A stretch of 64,000 nt of DNA from Octopus sinensis (taxonomy: Eukaryota): positions 1 to 64,000 of the forward strand of contig NW_021836139.1 in NCBI RefSeq assembly GCF_006345805.1, given 5' to 3'. Made by a program: the position numbers and the translations under genes. The first letter of the stretch is position 1; each line of letters opens with the position of its first letter. This document shows, piece after piece, positions 12,557-25,781 of the stretch. Under the pieces are notes generated by a model, which saw only the letters and a program-made list of their open reading frames with translations, was not told the origin of the DNA and did no database searches.

Positions 12557-12660
12557 GGATGGATGGATGGATGGATGGATGGATGGATGGATGGATAGAC
12601 AGAGAGATAAATATAGTTGTCAATGCATATATACATGCCTATACACATATATCTATGTAT
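12380..12660. repeat. (GATA)n/(GGTA)n/(GGAT)n compound microsatellite
   Basis: Direct inspection. Confidence 0.92.
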
Positions 12661-12936
12661 GGCAGGTGCATGTCAGTGTGTTTGCTTAAATTAGCAGTTC
12701 TCTAATATTCACTGTGTAAACTGTGCTGATCTTGCCATTTCTCCTATCACCAAATCATATGACGGTTTCGTGCCTTCAAAGATGAATGGAGAAGTGATCT
12801 CTAACTTAAGAAACAAGTAAGAGTTAGCCAATGAAAGGCTTCCATCTATAAAACCAAACCTTTGTAATAAATTCATCAACTACATACAAATATTGAAAAG
12901 CAAACTTGTATGTATCTATGTATATATCTATGAATG

Positions 12937-13340
12937 TAGGGTGCAGGAGTGGCTGTGTGGTAAGTAGCTTGTTTACCAACCACATGGTTCCGGGTTCAGT
13001 CCCACTGCGTGGCACCTTGGGCAAGTGTCTTCTACTATAGCCTCGGGCCAACCAAAGCCTTGTGAGTGGATTTGGTAGACGGAAACTGAAAGAAGCCCGT
13101 CGTATATATGTATATATATATGCGTGTGTGTGTTTGTGTGTCTGTGTTTGTCCCCCTAGCATTGCTTGTCAACCGATGCTGGTGTGTTTATGTCCCCGTT
13201 ACTTAGCGGTTCGGCAAAAGAGACCGATAGAATAAGTACTGGGCTTACAAAGAATAAGTCCCGGGGTCGAGTTGCTCGATTAAAGGCGGTGCTCCAGCAT
13301 GGCCGCAGTCAAATGACTGAAACAAGTAAAAGAGAAAGAG
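12937..13340 (+). mobile_element. Family B tRNA-derived SINE, full length and CpG-retaining (young-looking)
   Basis: Head gcaggagtggctgtgtggtaagtagc..ggttccgggttcagtccca, central microsatellite, tail caagtaaaagag. Confidence 0.92.
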
Positions 13341-13739
13341 TAAAGATTATAAGTTTATATATGCATGCATTCTTGGAAATTAATTAAAATATTCCTTTTT
13401 ACTTTAGCAGAATTAAAGCCAGACACTGGCAAATTGGTAAAGCCCTTTCATTTAAGTTATGGTTTTTCTTAGGACTTGTAGACATCTACGGTTGGGAAAC
13501 AAACACCTTACCATGTAGCCTTGCATTTGTTAAGCACCCAGTACTCACTGTGTAGAGGTTGGTCTCAGGAAGGGCATCCAGCCATAGAAACCAGGCCAAA
13601 ACAGGCTATGATGTCTGGTGTGGCTCCTGGCCTTGTGAGTTCCTGCCAAGCTATTTCGACCCATGTCAGCATAGAAGACAGACGTTAAATGTTGATGATG
13701 GGTGATAATGATTTTGTATATTTATGCACATATGTCTGT

Positions 13740-13891
13740 GTATCGGTGGGTATATACATATACACACGTGCACATACACATACACAGAAAGAGACAGAGA
13801 TATAGACTGATAGATAAATAGTTAGATAGGTAGATAGATAGACTGATAGATAGATAGGTAGATAAGGAAAGAGAGAGAGAGAGTGAGAGAA

Positions 13892-13922
<31 letters not shown>

Positions 13923-14505
13923 AATAGATTGATAAATAGACAGAGGGATAGGTAGATAGATAGGTAAATAGATAGATAGATAAATAAATAGATAGATATG
14001 TTTATATTTGTGAGTATGTAAGTGTGTATGTATGTATGTGTGTATGTATGTATGTATGTATGTATGTGTGTATGTATGTATGTGTGTATGTATGTGTGTA
14101 TGTATGTATGTATCTGTGTATGTATGTATGTATGTATGTGTGTATGTATGAATATATGTATGTGTGTATGTATGTGTGTATGTTTGTATGTGTGTATGTA
14201 TGTATGTATGTATGTGTGTATGTATGTATGTATGTATGTATGTATGTGTGTATGTATGAATATATGTATGTGTGTATGTATGTATGTGTGTATGTATGTA
14301 TGTGTGTATGTATGTATGTATGTATGTGTGTATGTGTGTATGTATGTATGTATGTATGTGTGTATGTATATATGTGTGTATGTATGTATGTATGTATGTA
14401 TGTATGTGTGTATGATGTGTGTATGTATGTGTGTATGTATGTATGTGTGTGTGTGTGTGTGTGTGTGGATGGATGGATGGATGGATAGATGGATGGATGG
14501 ATGGA
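13740..14505. repeat. (GATA)n plus (TATG/TGTG)n plus (GGAT)n microsatellite block
   Basis: Direct inspection. Confidence 0.95.
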
Positions 14506-15616
14506 TGCCAAATGCAAAAGAATATTTAGAAGATAAAACAAACTGCATCCGGTATGTGTTTGGCAGTTAAATCTCTTGTATGCGACAAGCTGAGTGGTTA
14601 ACAGAACAAATGCTATGAGATATTTCTGAAAAATAAAAGCTTCTTAATGTAGGTAAAAAGGGTGACAACAGCTAAATTAAAGAGTATCGTTGAAGGCAAT
14701 TCTTGAAATACATATTTGCAACTCAACTAGAAAATGTGATGTTGGAATGAGAAATTGGAATAAAAAATATGATGATGTAGAAATTGTGTTTTAAAAGATT
14801 ATTTCTTAAACAGAGGCAGATTGCACAAATAAACTGGTAGAAGACGTTTTAGTTTTTCTTTATTTTCCTTCATATGTAGTGAATTTATTTGGAAACAATA
14901 ACTGCATTGAAATTGAATGTTTAATTACCTATGATGTGTTATTTATATATATGTATATATATGTAATTTAATTTATTCAGTTAGATTTCTTGCCTTATAT
15001 CTTTATTGAAGTTTGTAGGTGTATGAAAGTATCTGTGAACCACATGTACATATTTACATGTACACTATATCATCATGATCAACATCATAATCATCATCGT
15101 AATCATCTTCATCCTCGTTGTCATCATCGTCGTTGTCATTGTCGTCGTTGTCATCATCATTGTCATCATTGATGTTGTTATCCTCATATTCATTATCATC
15201 ATTGAATGTCTGTCTTCCATCCTAGCAGTGGTTGAGCAGTTCACTAGAATCCAATAAACTGGAGGATTGTATCAACCTCCAATGTCTACTTTAACATGGT
15301 TTCTTATTTCTTTTACTGCCTACATGGGGCTACACATAGAGGGGACAAACAAGGACAGACAAATAGATTAAGTCGATTATATCGACCCCAGTGCGTAACT
15401 GGTACATGAAGGATTGTGTAGTAAGCAGCATCATAGTGAAAATAAAGAGCAGCAATGAACTAAAACCATAGATGAGAAACAGAGAAACAGAGAGATGTTG
15501 TGTGGGACAGATGGATAAAGAAGACGTAAGGGAGAAAGAGGCATACAGGGACAGAGATGGAGGTCAGGGATGCATAGGGAGGAAATACTGATGAACAAAG
15601 GTAAAGTGACAGTCAA

Positions 15617-15649
<33 letters not shown>

Positions 15650-15992
15650 TTAGCGTCCGTTTTCCATGCTAGCATGGGTTGGACGGTTCAACTGGGGTCT
15701 GTGAAGCCAGAAGGCTGCACCAGGCCCAGTCAGATCCGGCAGTGTTTCTACGGCTGGATGCCCTTCCTAACGCCAACCACTCCGTGAGTGTAGTGGGTGC
15801 TTTTTATGTGCCACCTGCACAGGTGCCAGACGGAGCTGGCAAACGGCCACAAACAGATGGTGCTTTTACGTGCCACCAGCATGGGGGCCAGGCGAGGCTG
15901 GCAATGGACACGAATGGATGGTGCTTTTACGTGCCACCGGCACGGGGGCCAGGTGAGGCTGGCAACGGACACGAGCGAATGCTGCTTTTACG
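15617..15992 (-). mobile_element. Family C (GAT)n-tailed retroposon with an internal VNTR of about 61 bp
   Basis: (cat)n followed by the conserved body; ggtgctttt(t)a.gtgccacc units start at about 15796, 15859, 15920 and 15981. Confidence 0.85.
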
Positions 15993-17719
15993 TATGTATG
16001 ATAATTTATTGTGGAATTCAGAAGGGTAACCAGATAACTAATATGTTAGAGAATATGGCATATTTGACATAGAGTTAAATATTTAAAACTTTTTGTTAAT
16101 TAGATGGCATATTAGGCAATCTTTCCTAAAATTTGGCTCATGCAATAGAAAGAATGGCTCACATTTGTTTGTGTTTTGTTTTTTTATTGCTGAGACTTTA
16201 ACTACCTGGAGGCTAATGATTATTCTGATCACTACAGATAATTGGCAGAAATTAATGTAAAAAATTAAAGCCTGGAGAGTAATTTTGTTTGGATATCGCC
16301 AGACTTAAAGCTGAAACATTAATTGTTACTGAAGTCTAATGAGTATTGCTATCTATGTCATATCTCTTACAGTTTATCAGATTATGTTTAATTAGAAACG
16401 TACTTTAGCTTTTAAAAGAAACTTAAAAATGTTAATCGTTCATAATATCAACAAAATTGTTATGATGAAAATTTTGTCTTTTGAGATTGTAGAGATGTTA
16501 GTGCAGAGGTGAATAGATGTGTGCTACGTGTAAGAAGTTTAATGGATGATAGTCTTAGATTCATCACAGTAAAGAAACATACATACAAGTTCTTCTGAAT
16601 GGTTAACATGACTGATGTGGGCAAAAAATAGACATATTGTTGGCAAAGAAATAGATAACTGAAGCAACTGAGGTAGACAGAGATTGTTTGTCAGAGTAAT
16701 CAACCATAACTAGTTATGGGGAAACATACCTGTAGGAGCTTAATCTAAACCTAGGCACCACAATCATGGTTGACAAAGGAGCAAAAGAACTATTCTATAA
16801 GGACCTCTTGCAGACTTCTCACTGCTTCCCATCTTCAGTTGCATCAATACAAAGTGAATATTCACATATATGCTTGAAATAAATCCTCATTTTATGTATT
16901 TAGAGTGCTTAACAGTGTATGGAGTTACAGGCTTATAAAATAGTAGGGCTTGCCATTAAAAAAAAATTCATGTCACTGAGAATATTTTCATAAATATATT
17001 ATTTACAAGCTTAGGAAAATAGGAAACAGAGATGAGTTTCTTTCACATATGCTGAATTTTCAATGTGAATGAGTGTCTGGGAGAATGAAACTGTTCTAAG
17101 AAACATCGATAATCATACAAACAAACAATATATTAATCCAAGTTTGTTGTACCAAGTACAAAGCTTACATAAGAGTATATAAAAGTATGCATATGTGTTT
17201 GAGTATGAGTATATGTGTACATATGTATGAGTGTTTGTGTGTACAAGAAGCTTGGGCTAAATTTGACAATTTGCATCAAAGGAAAAGAAAACACTATGTC
17301 ATTGAAAAATAATGTATTTTAAAAAATCAAAAAATATCAACTAGATTATGGCTGTTTACTCAAAGTATCTATCCTCAGCTCCCTCCACAGTCTCAAGAGA
17401 GCTCCAGAACCTGGCACATGCATTTGGAAGATCTCAAAACATCTTCTTGATCTTTGCCACAAGATTGGAACCATGTGGTTGGTAAGCAAGCTACTTAGCA
17501 CACAACCACTCCTGCGCCTATTGAGTAAATGAGTACATCATAGAGTTCTAAAGACTCTTCAGGCTTCAAGAGTAAAAGGTAACCTCATTAATGTTGGTGC
17601 CATGATGAAAAAGCACTCAAAACACTGTGAAGTAAGTGGCTGGCAACAAGCAAAAATGATGTTGGGCAAAAGAACTCTTTAGACTTGTTTTCAACCTGAC
17701 AACCCCCTGTAATGTTCCG

Positions 17720-18080
17720 GCTTGATTCCCACTGCATGGCATCTTGAGCAAGTGTCTTCTACTATAGTCTCAGGCCAACCAAAGCCCTGTGAGTGGATTT
17801 GGGAGATGGAAACTGAAAGAAGCCCGTTGTATATATGTATATATATATATATGTGTGTGTGTGTTTGTGTGTCTGTGTTCGTCCCACCAACATCGCTTGA
17901 CAACTGATGCTGGTGTGTTTACGTCCCCGTAACTTAGTGGTTCGGCAAAAAAAAAAACGATAGAATAAGTACTAAGCTTACAAAGAAGAAGTCCTGGGGT
18001 CGATTTCCTCAACTAAAGGCGGTGCTCCAGCATGGCCACAGTCAAATGACTGAAACAAGTAAAAGAGTAAAAGAGAGAAA
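17720..18080 (+). mobile_element. Family B SINE (5' head eroded)
   Basis: Collinear with 12990-13340. Confidence 0.85.
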
Positions 18081-20005
18081 GAGTATATATTGTATTGTTA
18101 TTCTCTGAAAAGTCTTTAATTATATTTCATAGTCCGAGTACATACTGGTCTTTAGATATACACACAGCAGATTAAAGGTAACCTTGGTAAATTTAGATGA
18201 GGATTTTGAAGAGAGGATTTTACCTTGGGACAGCAAAGCACCTACAGTTGCTTTGAACTCTGAACCAAGTATCTACACAACAACTTGAAGAAGCTAACTT
18301 AATCATAAATAATATGAATAGTTATTAATTAGAATGTATTGTCAATATCCCATTTATCAGATGTAGATGCATTCAAGTTTTGTCTAATACCAGAGAGTTT
18401 GTATATATTTATCAGGATAATCTTTCTTATGGCTGGCATTATATTTGATTCATATAATAGCATGTTGCCTCAGAGGAAAGTAATGAGCTGCTAGAGTTTG
18501 GAATTTGTGGCTGGCATATATGAATGCTTGAATAAATCATAGGAAATGAGGTAACTATCAAGATTCTATAAACAAAACAAATAAAATAAATACCAGAAAT
18601 TCCAAAATAAATTTGAATTTGAGAAGTTTCTAAAGATTGAAGAGAAAGCATTGATAATTTCAACATTTTCCTTTTCTTTATTAACTGTTATTGAGTGTAT
18701 GCTTGTGCAATGAAGTGCATCAGATCTAAAAGCATAATATTTTCAAATGGTCTTTGATCAGCAGTAAGCTAATGAGATAATTGAAAAATAATGCATTAAT
18801 TGACTGTTGAAGAAAACATCTAAAACAAAAGAATGGAAGAAATGAATGAGTTAATGAAATAATGAAACCACAGCCAGTTCTGAACTAAAGAATAAAATAC
18901 AAAAACTAAAATATTTTTTAATTAAAGAAATGAAACTTAGGCTTAAGTACCTGATTATATCAAGTCTAAGACCAATTGATATAAAACTGATTCTAACAAA
19001 ATTCTTCATGCAGAAAATTGGTTAGAAATTTTAAGTAGAGAATATTACCAAATGGTAAGATAGCTGAGAGTCAGGTGAAGAAAAGAGATATTTATGGAAT
19101 GAGATGAAAAAATATCCTGAATTCATTTATGCAAAGAAAAGAGGAGAATGATGACTAGTTACATAGGAGCACAAAGCCACAGATTTAAATTATAAATCAA
19201 ATTGTATAATATGCATGAGTGGGGCATGGATGACTGTTAGAAATATTAGCAAAATGAAATGATTATAGCTTAGAACTGAAATTCTGCTACAGTCTTGGTT
19301 TGTCTAAAAGATATTTACATTTTCTGGCACTCAATACAATAAGAATTATATTAATAATTTTTAATATTAGCAAAAATTAACTTATTGGCGTAGGAATTTT
19401 CTGAACTGGCTCAGAATTTTATCGCATTTGCTTCTGACCCCAAAATATGGAAAATAAAGATGACCCCAGTATGAACTGAACTCATAATTTAAAGGAATGT
19501 AGCTAAATATTTTACAGGACTTTTTCCAGCCTTGTATTGATTCTGCAAATTTCTTGTTCAAGTATTATTAGTAATAATAATATCAGTGATTTCTTATTCT
19601 GACCATAGGCCATACCCTTGGAGGGAAGACTGTAGTCAGTTTTAATAGGTTTGACTGGTACTTGATTGATCATCTGGAAAGAAATAAAAAAAGAAAAAAA
19701 ATTTCTTCAGTGAGATTTGTACTTAGAATGTTGAGGGCCAACACTAAATGCTGAATGCTAATTCTTTTGTAATTAAGATAATAAAGAGGCATTACAATGC
19801 AAACCAATCAAAACTAAAAGAGAGATGTTGTGTGATATTATATGCAGAGAAGTGTGAAATAATAAAATGCAGAGAAATGGAAAGAGAAGGTGATAGCCAC
19901 TCAAGAAGGCACAATGCATCTAAAATACCTTGTCATCTTTAGCTTTGGGCAAATATTCTCCTTATATCATCCTACAGGAAAGAAATGAAAACTTGACCTG
20001 TTCAC

Positions 20006-20075
20006 CCACACCATAACTGCCACATATTCAGCTTTTCACGAAGGCAGGAAATTCTTTCTCCATTCCAACAATACT
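20006..20075 (-). CDS. Candidate exon (E)YCWNGERISCLREKLNMWQLWC(G)
   Basis: Acceptor gtatttcttaaag, donor gtgaac, 70 nt, phase 1 to 2. Follows the 20147-20180 exon across a 71-nt intron. Confidence 0.4.
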
Positions 20076-20146
20076 CTTTAAGAAATACTTTAAAAAATTG
20101 ATGAGATTTTAATTCAGAAAGAAAAGGTACTTTCAATTTCCTGCAC

Positions 20147-20180
20147 CTTTCTTCATCCATTCATCAAACGGAGGAACATC
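20147..20180 (-). CDS. Candidate exon DVPPFDEWMKK(G)
   Basis: Acceptor catgtttcag, phase 0, compatible with the 22359 donor. The donor gtgcag is weak; alternatively the frame ends ..KKGAGN* as a terminal exon. Confidence 0.45.
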
Positions 20181-20929
20181 CTGAAACATGTTTATACTGC
20201 TCTCCTTCATCCAAAGAATTGTTAATTTACAAACTTCAAATGGCTATTCTACTAATATTTTCCATCTGACAAATAGTAACAATCACCTAACAACTGTTTA
20301 ATATCCTGCCATTGTATCTATTTGCTAGATTTCAGGCTCTGGACATAAAAATTATTTTCAGTGACTAACTTAATTCACTTTTATAAAAATATTTGCATAG
20401 ATTCTTTCACTTCTTTACATACAAGTGAGAGACACAATACATAAGATGAATGCAGAAATGCATGACTCATTGTTTAGTATTAAGACTAATTCTTGTTCAG
20501 TATTTCATCATCATCATTTAACATCTGTTTTCCATGCTGGCATGGGTTAGACAGCTTGACAAAAACCGACACTGTGTTCCAAAGTCCGTTTTGGCTTGAT
20601 TTCTAAAGCTGGATGCCCTTCCTAATGCCAACCACCTTACAGAGTGTACTGGGTGCTTTTTATGTGGCACTCACACCAGTGCCTTTTACATGGAACCACT
20701 GCCCTATTTATATTTTCAATTTCATTCTAAACGTTTTTGAGATGATTATAAAATACTGGTGTAAACCATTGATTACACTTTAAAGTTCTAAAAACTTTGG
20801 GAATAAGGCAAACTTACATAGTTAGGGTGATTTTCATCATAGTTTCAATGCCTTATAGAAATATTTACATATTGACTTTTATCTGTGTCTCATCCTTATA
20901 AATTTAAGGACTTTACCTGTATAATAATA

Positions 20930-21500
20930 TAATGAAATTATTGTATACAGTGCTCAGGTGCACCACAACTTGACAAAAGTGCATATAAAGCATATGTAGT
21001 AATGCACAAATGTCTGGGAAGGGAACAGTGTATGAGTCAGATACATGCATGTGTGTGTATGGAGGGGAGAAAATCAGGTGTAGTGTTGGCGAATCTCAGG
21101 AAGCATGGAAGTTTTGAAGGATGCAGCACTCCGACAACTAACAACTGCTGCTGGCATTTTGCTCCATGCTTCAGCAACTCTTAGCATGAAAAAATGTTTC
21201 TGAAAGTCATGGGAGCTGTGCTGTTTTCTGACTTTGTAAACATGTCTATGGGTGTTAGACAGGTGGAGTTTGAAAAGGTGCTCAAAGTTATTGTTTGTAA
21301 GATGGTTAATAATTCTATGGGTGTCTACCAAGTCAGCTGCCAGACGTTGGAGTTTCAATGTGTCCATGCCCAGGTAAGTAAGGCATTCAGAATATGGCAA
21401 ATGCCTGATGGAGGGTATTCTCTTGGTTGCACGTTGCTGAACGGTTTCCAGATGATTAATATCCTGGGCAAAGAAATATATAAACTATCTGTTGTCTCCA
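20930..21500 (-). mobile_element. CR1-type LINE 3' end
   Basis: Reads LETVQQRATKRIPSIRHLPYSECL..KLQRLAADL..FFMLRVAEAWSKMP (ORF 21074-21400) and carries the same 3' tail as 8545-9015. Confidence 0.9.
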
Positions 21501-22358
21501 ACTAAATGTCACTAAACTGGAGATAGTTGGTACAACCATAGAACAATATCATGTATTCATCTTTTATATTTTTTTATATTCAAGTTTTATTTTGAAGATA
21601 ACATGATAATTATATTTCATGAGGCTAAACAAGTCTTTTAACAAACTATTTAATCAACTAAATAATCAATCATTTCTAAGAAATGTACAAAAATACTGAC
21701 AATTTCTCATTTTAAATGAGACTTTGATAAGATTGTTATAAGCACTATCATGAAATTTTAAAGCTATGCACTTTGATTATTTTCTTCTTTCGATATAGTT
21801 CAAAACTTTCCATGAAATATAAATTTATTTAGAAGCAACAAAAGTCAAATTCCTTGAATTCTAACATAGAAAATTAAAGAGAGGGAAAATATTCTTCTAA
21901 TAGTTTATTCTTGTGATTTATCAAGAAAAGACAATTCTTGCTTATTTGATTTTAAATACTGAATACTATGTCTAACAAAATGTGGGTGAAACTAATTTAG
22001 TAATTTTATCAGTTGGCATAAATTGTTAAAAGTGAATACATTGAAAAAGTGATAAATCTAAATATTTTTTAAAAATCACTTTTACTACATGTTAATGTTA
22101 TTGTTATTGATATCTAATGTAATATCAATAAGTTTTAAAATGTTGAAGACTAATATTTGCGGAATATTGAATTATATTTCTGAAAATTTATTTCCAAACA
22201 TTTTATATTATTTTCAGTTGGAGAGTTGCTGCTAGTGTTATTTAGCCCCAGGCTAGGTCAGTCTTGGGTCAATAGACCTATGATCAAAGGTGTTCCGACC
22301 ATAACCAACCACAATCACTTCGGTTTTTTTTTATATATCTAGGATTACATTTTCTCAC

Positions 22359-22505
22359 GTGTCCTTCTATTTTAAAGTGGCCAATATGATATGGTTTGGG
22401 AATTTTAGCTGTTCTTTCTTCCTGATCAACTGACTGAACAAAGGTTTCTTCAATTGCTTGTTTTGTTAGTTCAAATATGTTAGCCATGACAGAATCAATA
22501 AAATT
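22359..22505 (-). CDS. Candidate internal exon of an unidentified protein: NFIDSVMANIFELTKQAIEETFVQSVDQEERTAKIPKPYHIGHFKIEGH
   Basis: Acceptor tatttgcacag, donor gtgaga, 147 nt, phase 0-0. Lies in the frame of ORF 22284-22487; non-repetitive, protein-like composition; plus-strand frames closed. Confidence 0.6.
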
Positions 22506-22552
22506 CTGTGCAAATACTTATTTCATTTATATCTTATAGTTCTCTACCAGAC

Positions 22553-22600
22553 ATTTCTGTCATAATATTCAACTAGCATTAACTTCAGCCTTTCCATGAT
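22553..22600 (-). CDS. Candidate exon IMERLKLMLVEYYDRN
   Basis: Good acceptor ttcttgtattctag, phase 0. Requires a weak donor (gtctgg) and a 47-nt intron. Confidence 0.3.
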
Positions 22601-22875
22601 CTAGAATACAAGAAATGCATTTATGCTATGAGGAATTCAGTCAACTTACACCCCTCTTCTAAATATATTTACCTGCACATAATCTTTTCTATTCTAGGGA
22701 CAAGGCCTGAAATTTTTTTTTTGGGGGGGGGGTCTGAAATTTAAGTCAGTTGGATTACTCCCAGCATGCAACTGGTACTTACGATTATCTCTTGGAAATT
22801 AACATATTTTGGAGTCATTATAAACAGATGATTAAACAGATGATTAAACTCTCAACAGTTTAATATAGATAGCAA

Positions 22876-23190
22876 TCATCATCATCATCATCATCATCGT
22901 TTAGCGTCCGTTTTCCATGCTAGCATGGGTTGGACGGTTCTACTGGGGTCTGTGAAGCCAGAAGGCTTCATCAGGCCCAGTCAAATCTGGCAGTGTTTCT
23001 ACGGCTGGATGCCCTTCCTAACGCCAACCACTCCGTGAGTGTAGTGGGTGCTTTTTACGTGCCACCCGCACTGGTGCCAGACAGAGCTGGCAAACGGCCA
23101 CGAACGGATGGTGCTTTTTATGTGCCACCGGCACGAGGGCCAGGCGAGGCTGGCAACGGACACGAAACGGGGCGGTGCTGGCAACGGTCG
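22876..23190 (-). mobile_element. Family C retroposon with VNTR, close relative of 15617-15992
   Basis: Body nearly identical by eye to the 15.6 kb copy, with fewer VNTR units. Confidence 0.85.
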
Positions 23191-23194
23191 ATAT

Positions 23195-23420
23195 TTCTTT
23201 ATTACCCACAAGGGGCTAAACACAGAGGGGACAAACAAGGACAGACAAAGGGATTAAGTCGATTACATTGACCCCAGTGCGTAACTGGTACTTTATTTAT
23301 CGACCCCAAAAGGATGAAAGGCAAAGTCGACCTTGGTGGAATTTGAACTCAGAATGTAATGGCAGACGAAATACCGTTAAGAATTTCGCCTGGCTCGCTA
23401 ACGTTTCTGCCAGCTCGCCA
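23195..23420 (-). mobile_element. Family A SINE
   Basis: Reverse complement of the family A consensus, abutting the family C copy. Confidence 0.88.
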
Positions 23421-24089
23421 CCTTATAAAGAGAGCATAAATCGACACTACTGACTGGTTCTCATAAAAGTAAACAAAAGCAAGTATTTTATTGTCTTCAT
23501 CAAGATTATCATTATTTTAATGCCTACTTTTCCATGCTTGCATAGGGTAGATTAAAGTATGTTGGGCCAGATCAGAATTTTCTGCAGCCAGATGTCCTAC
23601 ATGTACCAACTCCCACCAGTTTCCCAATAGCATAATGAGTTCCCATTCTGTCAAACAACAAACTGCTAGAAATGTTTACACAGAAAACTGAAAACAAACG
23701 ACACCATATGAAAGTGCCTTTTGTTTACAAAGATAATGCAACATATCAAGACATGCTTTTGTCATGGACCACAAGCAAATAACATTGCCAGGAAGCCATT
23801 CCTTACAAACAAGAGAACGTGAATTAAAGATGAAATCAAACAAACACACACACAGATACACGTACATATCATCATTTAATGTCTATTGTCCATGCTGGCA
23901 TGGGTTGGACAGTTTAACTAGAGCTGGCAAGCTGGAAAGCTGCACCAGGCTCCAGTCTCAGTTTGCATGGTTTCTACAGCTTGATGCCCTTCCTAATGCC
24001 AACCACTTTACAGAGTCTGCCAGGTGCTTTTACATGGCACCAGCACAAGTGATTTTTACGTGACACCAGCAATGTATACACACACAAAT

Positions 24090-24325
24090 AAAAATAAATG
24101 CGCCCCTTTAAAGCCTGGTTTCCCGGTTTCTATGGTGTATCTGTTCCCCAGCTGGACGGGACGCCAGTCCATCGCAGTATTACTCATTTTTGCCAGCTGA
24201 GTGGACTGGAGCAATGAGAAATGAAGTGTTTTGATCAAGAACACAACGTGTCACCCAGTCCAGGAATTGAAACCACAATCTTACGATCATGGTGCTGACA
24301 CCCTAACCACTAAGCCACGTGCCTC
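24090..24325 (-). mobile_element. tRNA-derived SINE, family D
   Basis: Antisense head gtggcttagtggttagggtgtcagca..ggtttcaattcctgg; core gcgatggactggcgtcccgtccag; second copy at 33165-33427. Confidence 0.82.
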
Positions 24326-24375
24326 AACATATACACACATACTTAACTATATGTCAAAATATGCATTTAGCTTAC

Positions 24376-24420
24376 CTGATTTCTCCCAAGGTAGACTGTA
24401 TGGAAAAGTTTATGGTGGTA
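24376..24420 (-). CDS. Candidate exon YHHKLFHTVYLGRNQ
   Basis: Strong donor cag|gtaagc; acceptor tttagttataatag; 45 nt, phase 0-0. An alternative acceptor at 24429 gives a different frame. Confidence 0.35.
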
Positions 24421-25059
24421 CTATTATAACTAAATAGTCCATGTTACTTTTCATAACAAATAGTAGTACAGCTGTATAGATCTGCATATAAGTGATCATA
24501 TGTACAAGATTTACTGGAAATAGTGTATTTTAAATAAACATTGAAAGACCTGTAGCAGATCCAGAACCTTTTTATATATCTAGATATATTGATCTATATC
24601 TATATATCTAAAATTTTGCTGGATATAGATTTATTTTGATAATGCTTAATTCATTGATAACATTTATATTTGTTTAATTCAGTCATTTCATCATTTGAAA
24701 ATTTGTAAAAGATAAACATTTGCATTAGCTGGTGATTATCAATGTGAAGAATTTGTAAACCATTCATAATGCACTCAAAGTTTGCTATAGGCATTGAATT
24801 TCATTATTAGGAAAGCTATATTTTGAAATGTACTTTATTCAAACAAGGTAAAATATATCTATTAAAATAACTCTGTAGTGTCAAATGACAGAATACATTT
24901 ATAATTTTGTTTTAATATGTATTCTATGAAGTTCTGTTTATATAAGAGACCATATATTAATTGTAAAATAATTAAAGCAGTTCAATGTAAAATTGCTTTT
25001 CCAGCTGTTTGAAGCATTCTGAAATATTTACAAATGTTCTCATAAATTATCGTCTATCT

Positions 25060-25510
25060 TTTACTTCTTTCACTTATTAGGCTGCGACCATGCTGGGGCA
25101 CTACCTGGAAGAATTTTAATTGAACAAATCGATCCCAATACTTTTGTTTTCTAATGCTGGTACTTATTCTATCAGTATCTTTTGTTGAACTGCTAAGTTA
25201 TGGGGATGTAAACACACTAACACTGGTTGTTAAGTATGGTGGGGGGACAAAACAGTTACAGACACAGGTATGCACAGACTCGCACACACATACATGCTGA
25301 CACACACACACATACACTCACACACATACGCACACAGTCTCTCTCTGATACGCATGCACACACACATTCAACAGGCATCTTTTATTCTCCATCTGCAAAT
25401 GCTCCCATAAGGACTTGGTTGGTTTGAGGCTATTGTAGAAGACACTTGCCTAAGGTGTCATGCAGTGGGACTGAACCCAAAACCATGTGGTTAGGAAGTA
25501 AACATCTTAC
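25060..25510 (-). mobile_element. Family B SINE
   Basis: Antisense family B body and head. Confidence 0.8.
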
Positions 25511-25552
25511 CAAACAAACATCTTTGTGCCTAAACATGCTGAATTATTTAAG

Positions 25553-25781
25553 GTGGCGAGCTGGCAGAAACGTTAGCGTGCGAGGTGAAATGCTTAGCGG
25601 TATTTCGTCTGACGTTATGTTCTGAGTTCAAATTCCGCCAAGGTCAACTTAGCCTTTCATCCTTCCAGGGTCGATAAATAAAGTACCAGTTACACACTGG
25701 GGTCGATGTAATTGACTTAATCCCTTTGTCTGTCCTTGTTTGTCCCCTCTATGTTTAGCCCCTTGTGGGCAATAAAGAAAT
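25553..25781 (+). mobile_element. Family A SINE, full length
   Basis: From ggtggcgagctggcagaaacgttagc to gccccttgtgggcaataaagaaata. Confidence 0.9.

Noticed and set aside
13408-13436. Plus-strand micro-exon candidates here (ELKPDTGKL) and at 18416-18479, 46621-46672 and 47210-47232
   Set aside because: AG..GT pairs with short open frames are expected by chance in AT-rich DNA, and they did not form a consistent chain.
20147-20180. Resemblance of DVPPFDEWMKK to the SUCO/osteopotentia motif DIPTFDEWKKK
   Set aside because: Neighbouring exons show no SUN-domain sequence (no NYASVECGAK-like motif); the match is too short to assign.
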